DNA from: Candidatus Curtissbacteria bacterium | GTDB lineage: Bacteria > Patescibacteriota > Microgenomatia > Curtissbacterales > GWA2-41-24 | Direction: 5' to 3' | Assembly (NCBI GenBank): GCA_038326365.1 | Contig: JBBQJY010000003.1 | Span: 1-52,665, forward strand | Length of the DNA stretch: 52,665 bases | Shown: one piece after another, positions 1-7,813 of the stretch | How positions within the stretch are numbered: the first letter of the stretch is position 1 | Layout of the letters: each line of letters opens with the position of its first letter | Notes under the pieces: generated by a model | What the model was told of the DNA's origin: nothing | Seen by the model: only the letters and a program-made list of their open reading frames with translations | Databases searched by the model: none | Made by a program: the position numbers and the translations under genes

Positions 1-96
1 TTTTCTTTTCCAAAAAATCCTCAACTCACGAGTCCTAAATTCATCTCCAGTTTTCCCATTTTATCCCAGAGATAATATAATAAAAAGCTAGAGCAA

Positions 97-543
97 ATGA
101 GAAATCAAAAAGAAAGATTCAAAGTTATTGCATCAATTTATTTATTGCTTATAAAGAACAACAAAATTCTGCTTCAAAAAAGAGCAAACACTGGTTATGA
201 AGATGGTAATTATGGCTTACCTGCAGGTCATTTAGAAAACAACGAATCTCTAAAAGACGGTCTTATCCGAGAAATATCTGAGGAAATAGCCATAAAACTT
301 GATAAAAAGGATGTCAAACTCGTTCATTCTATGCACAGGAAAGAGAAAGACATTAGGATCGACTTTTTCTTCACTGCTAAAAAATATATAGGGACACCAA
401 TTAACAACGAACCTGAAAAATGCGAGGAAATTAAATGGTTTTATTTGGAAAAGTTACCAAAAAACACCATTCCATATATTAGAAAAGCCATACAATTAGC
501 ATTGGACGGACAATATTTTTCAGAAATAGGGTGGAATACATGA
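97..543 (+). CDS. NUDIX hydrolase
   Basis: Nudix box GHLENNESLKDGLIREISEEIAI fits GX5EX7REUXEEXGU with the last G replaced by A; stop TGA overlaps the alaS ATG. Confidence 0.9.
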   Translation: MRNQKERFKVIASIYLLLIKNNKILLQKRANTGYEDGNYGLPAGHLENNESLKDGLIREISEEIAIKLDKKDVKLVHSMHRKEKDIRIDFFFTAKKYIGTPINNEPEKCEEIKWFYLEKLPKNTIPYIRKAIQLALDGQYFSEIGWNT

Positions 544-2309
544 ACTCGACTGAACTCAGACAAAAATATTTGAAATTCTTTGAAGACAAGGGACACAAAA
601 TAATCCCTTCGGCATCTTTGATTCCACCCCAAGAAGTTGAACTTGCCGGAACCGAACGTGTTCTGTTTACAACTGCAGGTATGCACCCCTTAATTCCATA
701 TCTTCTCGGCAAAGAACATCCTCAAGGCAAGCGTTTAGTAAACGTACAAAAATGTCTCAGGACAGATGATATCGATGAGGTGGGAGATAAGACTCACAAT
801 ACATTTTTCGAAATGCTCGGTAACTGGTCCCTAGGAGATTACGGCAAAAAAGAAACAATTTCTTGGTCCTGGGAATTCTTAGTCAATGAATTGAAACTTG
901 ACCCAAAAAGAATATATGTCTCTGTTTTTTCTGGAGACGACGACGCCCCGTTTGATGAAGAGTCCCACAATATCTGGAAAAAAGTGGGAGTAACACAAGA
1001 CCACATTTTTAAATACGGCAAAGAGGACAATTGGTGGCCAACAGGTGGCAAAAAACCAGGTCCCCAAGGTCCCGATACCGAAATGTTTTACGACACAAAC
1101 CCAACCGGTTCAGGGCCTATCGATCTTGTATTAAACTCCCGTTTTGTAGAAATTTGGAACGACGTCTTCATGCAGTACGGGCGAAATGAAGATGGGTCAT
1201 ACAGCGAACTGAAGCAGAAAAACGTCGATACTGGCATGGGACTCGAACGTATCTTGAAAGTGCTTCAAAACGCTCCCTCTATTTATGAAACCGATGTTTT
1301 TCTTCCTCTTGTTAAAAAAATCGAGGATTTATCACAATATTTCATTGATACCTCGGCGCGAATTGTGGCCGATCACATCAGAGCATCAGTTTTTTTAATT
1401 TCTGATGGCGTCAGTCCTTCAAATATAGAACGCGGGTACATTCTTCGCCGCCTAATTCGCCGCGCAATCAGACATGCATCTCTTCTGAAAATTGACGCCG
1501 ATTTTCTCGCAGAAACTGCTTCGGCTGTTATCAAAACTTACGAGTTTGCCTACCCCATGTTGGTTGAGCACAAAGAGCTAATAATCAAGGAACTTAAAAC
1601 AGAGGAACAAAAATTCAAAAAAGCCCTAGCCTCCGGTATCCGTGAATTCGAAAAAATCACATCTGATATATCCGGAAAAAGCGCTTTTGACCTCTTTCAG
1701 AATTTTGGCTTTCCGATTGAGCTGACCGTCGAACTGGCTCAAGAAAAAAACAAAAAAGTAGATACGATAGGCTTTGAAAAATTACTATTGGGCCATCAAC
1801 AAAAATCTCGCTCAGCGCAATCCAGCGCAAAAGGCGGGTTGGCCGTACAAACAGATATCGCCGCAAAGTTTCACACGGCAACCCACTTGATGCACCAAGC
1901 GCTCAGGGACGTTTTAGGGAATCACGCCCACCAAACCGGGTCGCATATAACAAACGAAAGATTACGCTTTGATTTTACTCACAACGCTAAAATGACCGAT
2001 GAGCAAATAAGGGAAGTTGAGAATATTGTCAACAAGAAAATAGAAGAAAATTTAACAGTTTACAAAAAAACTATGCCCAAAGATGCGGCGGACCAGTTGG
2101 GTGCAATTGGACTCTTCAATGACAAATATGGAGATATGGTAAATGTATATTACATTGGCGCCACCAATTTAATTGACAAGGCCTTTTCAAAAGAATTTTG
2201 CGGAGGACCTCATGCAGGTGCGACGGGAAAATTGGGCAAATTTAAAATAAATAAAGAAGAATCCGCGGGTTCTGGAATTCGGCGAATTTATGCTACAATA
2301 AACGAATAA
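540..2309 (+). CDS. alaS: Alanine--tRNA ligase, shortened form without C-Ala domain
   Basis: N-terminal ELRQKYLKFFEDKGH, FTTAGM, HNTFFEMLGNWSLGDY, VDTGMGLER; editing motifs HTATH and CGGPH; ends just after GIRRIYA. Start set at ATG 540 (ATGA overlap) rather than GTG 531. Confidence 0.97.
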   Translation: MNSTELRQKYLKFFEDKGHKIIPSASLIPPQEVELAGTERVLFTTAGMHPLIPYLLGKEHPQGKRLVNVQKCLRTDDIDEVGDKTHNTFFEMLGNWSLGDYGKKETISWSWEFLVNELKLDPKRIYVSVFSGDDDAPFDEESHNIWKKVGVTQDHIFKYGKEDNWWPTGGKKPGPQGPDTEMFYDTNPTGSGPIDLVLNSRFVEIWNDVFMQYGRNEDGSYSELKQKNVDTGMGLERILKVLQNAPSIYETDVFLPLVKKIEDLSQYFIDTSARIVADHIRASVFLISDGVSPSNIERGYILRRLIRRAIRHASLLKIDADFLAETASAVIKTYEFAYPMLVEHKELIIKELKTEEQKFKKALASGIREFEKITSDISGKSAFDLFQNFGFPIELTVELAQEKNKKVDTIGFEKLLLGHQQKSRSAQSSAKGGLAVQTDIAAKFHTATHLMHQALRDVLGNHAHQTGSHITNERLRFDFTHNAKMTDEQIREVENIVNKKIEENLTVYKKTMPKDAADQLGAIGLFNDKYGDMVNVYYIGATNLIDKAFSKEFCGGPHAGATGKLGKFKINKEESAGSGIRRIYATINE

Positions 2310-2313
2310 TTAG

Positions 2314-2901
2314 ATGGACCCAACTGCCCCAAACAACCCAGATAATCAAAACCCGCCAGCGCCTCCAAACCCTATTCAGCCAGGGCAATTTGTAGTGGCG
2401 GGTGAGGACGCTCCACCAGCTGCAAACCCACAAATTACAGCCCAACCCGCCCCAACTCCCCAAGCACCTCAGCCGACAATGAACCTGGCTCAAGATAAAG
2501 CTGCTCCTACTCAAGTATTCCCTAACGCCCCCGTTGGGCCAACCGCAGTTCAGCCTGACCCGACGCCCTTTACGTCACCACCAGGCGCCACACCAAATTT
2601 AGCAGGAGTACCACCGACCGGAGCTGCAGCACCTAAAAGCAGAAACAAAATGCTTATTATTTTAATTGCTTTAATCGTGCTTGTTGCGATTATCGGAGCT
2701 GTCGTGTACTTCGTCGTTCTGCCAAAAGCAAAAACAGGCACTAAACCCACAACCGACACGCAGGTTGATGAACCTTCACCGTCTCCAACCCGAACAGACG
2801 GAGGTTTTGGAACTCTGCCGGAAGCAAGTGGTTCGACAGCCTTACCAAGTCCCACCCCAAGTGGCCTGCCAGCCAGCTCCACCACAAACCCGGGCCCCTG
2901 A
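2314..2901 (+). CDS. Pro/Ala/Thr-rich single-pass membrane protein, unknown function
   Basis: 195-aa ORF 4 nt after alaS; Pro-rich N-terminal half, one hydrophobic helix (MLIILIALIVLVAIIGAVVYFVVL) after basic residues, Ser/Thr/Pro-rich C-terminus. Confidence 0.85.
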   Translation: MDPTAPNNPDNQNPPAPPNPIQPGQFVVAGEDAPPAANPQITAQPAPTPQAPQPTMNLAQDKAAPTQVFPNAPVGPTAVQPDPTPFTSPPGATPNLAGVPPTGAAAPKSRNKMLIILIALIVLVAIIGAVVYFVVLPKAKTGTKPTTDTQVDEPSPSPTRTDGGFGTLPEASGSTALPSPTPSGLPASSTTNPGP

Positions 2902-2925
2902 CTTGGTCTGTAAAATTAATTTAAT

Positions 2926-5154
2926 ATGGGTGCACTAGATTTGCTTGGTAATTTTTTCAAGAAACAAACCCCTCAAGAAACAAATTACCTCTCTCTCACC
3001 ATAACTTCTGACCAGATACTCGCAACCATTTGGCAACTGGAGGGGAAAACTTTAAAGTTTATTGGTCATTCGGAAAAAGGATTCCACAATATAGATTCAT
3101 TAATTCACGAAACCGCGGTCGTCATAGACGACGCGGCAACAAAAGTTAAAAACGATGTAAGCCAAGTCGTCTTCGGCCTCTCTTACTATTGGTTTGAGGA
3201 TGGTCAAATATCCAAAGAAACTTTAAATATTCTAAAGAATCTTGCAGATGAGCTGGAGCTTGAAGCCCAGGCGTTTGTTCCGATAGCTGCCTCCATTAAC
3301 CATTTTTTAAAAATAGAAAAATCGGCTATTCCCAATGTTGTTTACCTGGGTTTATTCAAAGACTTCACTGAAGCAGCCCTAATAGCTGACGACAAAGCAA
3401 CGCCACAAACTTATAAAGGCGAAGCCAACGAAGATAACATCGTCCACATTCTGGAGCAGTTAAAAACAAAGTCCGGCAAAAAGTTACCCCATGAAATCAT
3501 GCTTTTTTCAACAAATCAAAAGGATCATTTAGCCAAGGAACTGAAAAAAATGGATCTTGCCCAAATTTTTGAACAAGATATCACTGTCAAAATTTTGTCA
3601 GCAGAAGAAATTGCCAAATGTGTTGCTTACTCTCAGGCGGCAGATGTTTTAGGCTATGAGCCTACGTTGTCGCTTCCACCAGGCCACGAACAAATTGTTG
3701 AAAACGCTGAAACAATTTCTCAAAAAGAAGATGTTACCGTGCCGAGCGGCGGCTTTGACTTTCGTGAAGGAGAAGATGTTCTGGCTGCGGAAATTTTAGA
3801 AAATGCTGCATCAGAAGTGGAGACAAAACAAGCAGAAGAAATAAGTAATGTTTCTGCACCCAAAAGAGCTGAGGATTATGCCGTAGAACTACCAGCCCAA
3901 GAAGATGAGCATGTATATGAATCTCCTAAAGAAATGGTTGAGCAGAGAAGCCAGAAACATAAAAAAAAGTTTTTAGATTCATTGCTAACTTTGTCCTGGC
4001 TTAGTAATCTTCGATTACCAATAGGTTCGGGAAATTCAAAGAAATGGCTCCTGGCGGGTGCAGCAGCAGTTGTTGTTGTTTTAGTTGGAGTTTTTTTCTT
4101 GGCAAGTACCATAACGAGCGCACAGGTAATTCTCAAAGCAAATACCCAATCATATGAAAGCGATTTTGACGTTTCAGCAATTGCCGATGCAGCCCTGGAT
4201 CCAACCCAAGATCGCATCCCTGCACAGTTAATTTCCGAAACAGTCGCCGACAGTCAACAAGCTCAAGCGACTGGAACCAAAAAAGTAGGCAATAATGCCA
4301 AAGGCGCAGTAACAGTTTTTAACTGGACAACAAATGCGACAACTTTTGATAAAGGGACAATTATCATTTCTAAAAATGGTGTGAAATTTAACTTGGACGA
4401 CGTTGTTCAAGTAGCCTCCAGAAGTGCTTCAACTCCTGGCCAGGCTACAGTGCCGGTAGTCGCTCAAGATTTTGGATCATCTGGCAATATCAGCGGCGGG
4501 ACAGACTTCACGTTCCAAAAATACGACGAGTTGCTCTATAGTGCAAAAAATGACAATGCCTTCGCAGGTGGCGATGAAAAACAAATCACTGTCGCCTCTG
4601 CCGATGACGTTGGCAAGCTAGAAAAGACACTAACGGAGTCGCTCAAACAAAAAGCCAAAGGCGTCCTGCAGGGAAAAAATCAGCAGCAGCAAATCGACGA
4701 CAACGCAATCGATCTCAAAGTTACCAAAAAGCAATTCGATAAAAAAATCGATGACGAAGCGACAATTATAAAGCTAGACATGGAAGTCGAGGCATCTGTA
4801 TTGGTTTATGACCAAGGAATCCTTAAAGATCTGCTTTCTCAAAAAGCTAGCCAAACACAAAGCAAATTAGAATCAAAAAGCGAAAACATAGAACTTTTAC
4901 AGACAAATGTTAAGCGCAATAAATCAAGTTTGATAATTAGCGGCAACTATAGAGCAAATCTAACACCAAAGCTTGACGAAGATGATATAAAAAATAAAAT
5001 AGCGGGAAAAAGTGTCAAGGGGGCCAAAGCCGCAGTTCAAGCAACAGGAGACTTTGTAGATCTGGAAGCAAAATTTACACCAAACTTGCTTTTCTTCTCC
5101 ACAATACCTAAAAACAAGTCAAAAATTACTTTAAAAGTTGAAGTAAATAAGTGA
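2926..5154 (+). CDS. Membrane protein with degenerate FtsA/PilM-like N-domain, acidic linker, TM helix and baseplate J/gp47-like C-domain
   Basis: 742 aa; N-terminal YLSLTITSDQILATIW resembles the first actin-fold strands; TM WLLAGAAAVVVVLVGVFFLA at ~4045-4110; C-terminal AKGAVTVFN...KGTIIISKNGVKF...ATVPVVAQDFGSSGNI resembles baseplate-J-like beta domains. Domain calls are by eye. Confidence 0.7.
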   Translation: MGALDLLGNFFKKQTPQETNYLSLTITSDQILATIWQLEGKTLKFIGHSEKGFHNIDSLIHETAVVIDDAATKVKNDVSQVVFGLSYYWFEDGQISKETLNILKNLADELELEAQAFVPIAASINHFLKIEKSAIPNVVYLGLFKDFTEAALIADDKATPQTYKGEANEDNIVHILEQLKTKSGKKLPHEIMLFSTNQKDHLAKELKKMDLAQIFEQDITVKILSAEEIAKCVAYSQAADVLGYEPTLSLPPGHEQIVENAETISQKEDVTVPSGGFDFREGEDVLAAEILENAASEVETKQAEEISNVSAPKRAEDYAVELPAQEDEHVYESPKEMVEQRSQKHKKKFLDSLLTLSWLSNLRLPIGSGNSKKWLLAGAAAVVVVLVGVFFLASTITSAQVILKANTQSYESDFDVSAIADAALDPTQDRIPAQLISETVADSQQAQATGTKKVGNNAKGAVTVFNWTTNATTFDKGTIIISKNGVKFNLDDVVQVASRSASTPGQATVPVVAQDFGSSGNISGGTDFTFQKYDELLYSAKNDNAFAGGDEKQITVASADDVGKLEKTLTESLKQKAKGVLQGKNQQQQIDDNAIDLKVTKKQFDKKIDDEATIIKLDMEVEASVLVYDQGILKDLLSQKASQTQSKLESKSENIELLQTNVKRNKSSLIISGNYRANLTPKLDEDDIKNKIAGKSVKGAKAAVQATGDFVDLEAKFTPNLLFFSTIPKNKSKITLKVEVNK

Positions 5155-5873
5155 GCTTATCAATTTATCTTAAAGATCCGCCACCTGATTATGAAGGAGC
5201 TGCTCGAAGCAAAAGAAAAGACAAACTTTTTGGCGCTGTAATTTCGGCAATTGGGCTTGCTTCTCTTGCTTTTGCTGTATGGCCGCTTTTTATTTGGGTT
5301 TTTGCAACTGCCCCGCAACTTTCAGGAAGAATAAGCATCGCACCGATTCCAAAAGGCAAGGTGTTATCCGTGCAAAGTCTTGTAAATCAAAACATACAAA
5401 TTGTTAAAGACAATGAGGGATTTTCATATTTCACAACGGATTTTAAACCCAAAGGCAACAGACCTAAAGATTTTTACCTCACAATTCCTAAGCTAAAAAT
5501 AGAAAAAGCGCACGTCCTTGTAGACAGTACGAAGTTAGACGAGAACCTTTCTCATTTTCCGGGCACCGCCCTGCCCGGTGAGGTAGGAAATGCATTTATA
5601 ACGGGCCATTCGGTTCTCCCGCAATTTGCCGACCCAAAAAACTATCGAGCAATTTTCTCAAAATTGCCAGAGTTAGAAGTGGGTGACACAGTTAAAGTTG
5701 AATCAGATGGGAAAAAGTTCGAATACGTAGTTCAGTATAAGAAAATTATCGACCCTAAAGATTTATCTGTCCTGGCGCCGATATCCGCTGGAGGTAAAAA
5801 CTTGACCCTAATGACTTGTGTTCCGCCGGGAACTAGCCTGCAAAGAATGGTCGTTATTACAAGTTTAATTTAA
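5151..5873 (+). CDS. Sortase (class D/E-like)
   Basis: N-terminal TM; HFPGTALPGEVGNAFITGHS (catalytic His), LTLMTC (catalytic Cys), downstream Arg in LQR; GTG start overlaps the upstream stop. Confidence 0.93.
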   Translation: MSLSIYLKDPPPDYEGAARSKRKDKLFGAVISAIGLASLAFAVWPLFIWVFATAPQLSGRISIAPIPKGKVLSVQSLVNQNIQIVKDNEGFSYFTTDFKPKGNRPKDFYLTIPKLKIEKAHVLVDSTKLDENLSHFPGTALPGEVGNAFITGHSVLPQFADPKNYRAIFSKLPELEVGDTVKVESDGKKFEYVVQYKKIIDPKDLSVLAPISAGGKNLTLMTCVPPGTSLQRMVVITSLI

Positions 5874-5888
5874 AGTTCCAAACTTTAA
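5870..5888 (+). terminator. AT-rich hairpin at the sortase stop, possible weak terminator
   Basis: TTAAAGTT-cca-AACTTTAA, 8-bp stem; no strong U-tract. Confidence 0.3.
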
Positions 5889-5910
5889 TCCCCTTTGAGG
5901 TTGAATCATT

Positions 5911-5919
5911 TGTTATACT
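5911..5919 (+). promoter_or_regulatory. Extended -10 promoter for the deacetylase gene
   Basis: TGtTATACT ending 22 nt before ATG 5942. Confidence 0.5.
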
Positions 5920-5941
5920 TTAAAGCTGATAAATTAGAATA

Positions 5942-6769
5942 ATGAAAAAAATTCTGGCCTCATATTTTTTGATGATAATTGCTCTGAGTTTAATTTTGGC
6001 AGTTAATAACTTAGCGTATCCGAAGCAAATTCTTGCGAAAAACACAAACCTACCTCAGGCGGTCGCTTCACTTCAAAATATTCAAAACACCACCCAAACA
6101 ACTCCAAGGATACCAATTCTCATTTATCATTATGTTGAAATTGTTCGTGACAAAAAAGATGCTACTAGAAAGTCGTTAGATATTCAGCCACAAGTTCTTG
6201 AAGCTCAAATCGTAACGCTTCAAAAAGCTGGTTATACATTTATCACTCCAGGTGACATCGTTCAAATTAAATCAGGACAAATCAAAAATAAAAGGCCGAT
6301 AATTTTATCTTTCGACGACGGCTACCGCGATTTCTATACTGACGTTTTTCCAATTTTAAAAAAATACCGTGTTAAATCAATAGCGTACATTGTACCTGGT
6401 TTTTTAGGTCACCCCAACTATATGTTCTGGAGTCAGATAAAAGAGTTAGACACGAGTGGACTAGTTGAACTTGGTGCTCACACAATGCATCACACAATGC
6501 TCGATACACAAACCCCACAAATAGCTGAACAGGAGATTTTCCAAAGTAAGCTTGCGATACAGCTTTATCTAGGACACGACATCAGATCTTTCGCTTATCC
6601 TTATGGGCATTTTAATGCCACCGTAGAGAATTTAGTTAAATCTGCAGGTTTCACAACAGCAGTGACTACTATGTCTGGATCAAATACAGTTTCTGAGGAT
6701 ATGCTAATACTAAGGCGAATCCATCCCGGAGCAAGCACGGGCGTCGCTTTACTTTCCAAGATAGAATAA
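5942..6769 (+). CDS. Secreted or membrane-anchored polysaccharide deacetylase (NodB/CE4 family)
   Basis: N-terminal hydrophobic signal; PILIYHYV, ILSFDDGYRDFY, ELGAHTMHH, SFAYPYG motifs. Confidence 0.93.
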   Translation: MKKILASYFLMIIALSLILAVNNLAYPKQILAKNTNLPQAVASLQNIQNTTQTTPRIPILIYHYVEIVRDKKDATRKSLDIQPQVLEAQIVTLQKAGYTFITPGDIVQIKSGQIKNKRPIILSFDDGYRDFYTDVFPILKKYRVKSIAYIVPGFLGHPNYMFWSQIKELDTSGLVELGAHTMHHTMLDTQTPQIAEQEIFQSKLAIQLYLGHDIRSFAYPYGHFNATVENLVKSAGFTTAVTTMSGSNTVSEDMLILRRIHPGASTGVALLSKIE

Positions 6770-6773
6770 ATTT

Positions 6774-7192
6774 ATGTTTGAATCAGAACCTAAATCAGTT
6801 GCCATTATGTGCTCGGCAAACGAGGTCGAAGCAAAATACGCTGAACCAGCATTGGAGCTAGTTCGCCAGAATGCAAACAGCATGATTATTGCCAAAGATT
6901 TAGGGAACGCAAAGCAACAATGCTTAAAATTGCCGACGCGATTGTAATTTTAGTCGGAGGGCTAGGAACAATAGATGAAGCAACGGACATGTTAGAGCAT
7001 AAAAAGCACAGAAGGCATAACAAACCAATGATAGTACTAAATACGGACAATTTTTACGAAGGGCTAAAAGTCCAACTCTTGAAAATGCATACGGAAGGCT
7101 GCTTGCCCAGGCCGATCGATGATTTAATTATTTTTGCTGAAAATCCTAGCGATGCAATCAACCAGATTAATAATGAATTAAAAGTAGATTGA
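6774..7192 (+). pseudogene. LOG family (cytokinin/nucleotide phosphoribohydrolase-like) pseudogene
   Basis: ATG 6774 gives MFESEPKSVAIMCSANEVEAKYAEPALELVRQNANSMIIAKDLG; a missing G in the GGG run at 6903-6905 shifts frame to ERKATMLKIADAIVILVGGLGTIDEA...NKPMIVLNTDNFY; the usual GG-motif segment of about 45-50 aa is absent. Confidence 0.8.
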
Positions 7193-7217
7193 CAACGAAT
7201 CGACTGCGATTCACAAT
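7189..7217 (+). promoter_or_regulatory. Sigma70-type promoter, probably giving a leaderless ruvX mRNA
   Basis: TTGACA (7189-7194), 17 nt, CACAAT (7212-7217); GTG start 6 nt further on. Confidence 0.6.
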
Positions 7218-7223
7218 TAGCCT

Positions 7224-7610
7224 GTGATTCTAGGCATTGATCTTGGCAAGAAAACAACTGGAATGGCAATTTCTTCCGGCACAATTGCTTCCCCATACAA
7301 AACAATTACCAATAAAAATTTGGAAGAAGCAGTTGAAAAAATATCCCATATCGCTGACGAGGAATCTGTCAGTCAGCTTATTCTTGGCTTCGTAGATGGC
7401 AAGATTAAAAAATACTTTGATGATTTTGCTTTTGAATTTCGTAAAAAAAATCCTCATATCGAGCTGATTATGATTGACGAAACTTTAACATCTAGACAAG
7501 CAAGTGAGACAATGATTAATATCAATATGCCCAAAAACAAACGCCGCAAAAAAGAGCACGAAATTGCTGCCTGCCACATTCTTGAAAGTTACTTAAATAG
7601 GGATAAATGA
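7224..7610 (+). CDS. ruvX: Holliday junction resolvase-like / pre-16S rRNA nuclease RuvX (YqgF)
   Basis: ILGIDLGKKTTGMAIS, IDETLTSRQA, HEIAACHILESYL motifs. Confidence 0.93.
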   Translation: MILGIDLGKKTTGMAISSGTIASPYKTITNKNLEEAVEKISHIADEESVSQLILGFVDGKIKKYFDDFAFEFRKKNPHIELIMIDETLTSRQASETMININMPKNKRRKKEHEIAACHILESYLNRDK

Positions 7611-7813
7611 TTAAGAAAATTTTTGCTCCGGTTCAAGCCTGGATACTGCTTCAGGGAAAATGTGTTGGTTGCGGTAAAAATTTATCGACGGGCAAACGTT
7701 ACCGAAAAGCAGATAATACAGACAAAATTGTCTGCAATTGTGGCCGAATTTTTATTTTTGACAAAAGAAATGGTAAATATAAGAGAGCACAACAAGAAGA
7801 GGCAAATGGTTAA
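7607..7813 (+). CDS. Small Zn-ribbon protein (CxxC...CxC)
   Basis: 68 aa, KCVGCG and VCNCG; overlaps the ruvX stop (ATGA) and the mltG start. Confidence 0.75.
   Translation: MIKKIFAPVQAWILLQGKCVGCGKNLSTGKRYRKADNTDKIVCNCGRIFIFDKRNGKYKRAQQEEANG

Noticed and set aside
2812-2835. LPEASG as a sortase sorting motif in the Pro-rich protein
   Set aside because: Not followed by a TM helix and basic tail; the protein is anchored by a central TM
2926-5154. Prophage or tailocin suggested by the baseplate-J-like domain
   Set aside because: No other phage structural, lysis or integrase genes; the protein has a TM and sits among housekeeping genes
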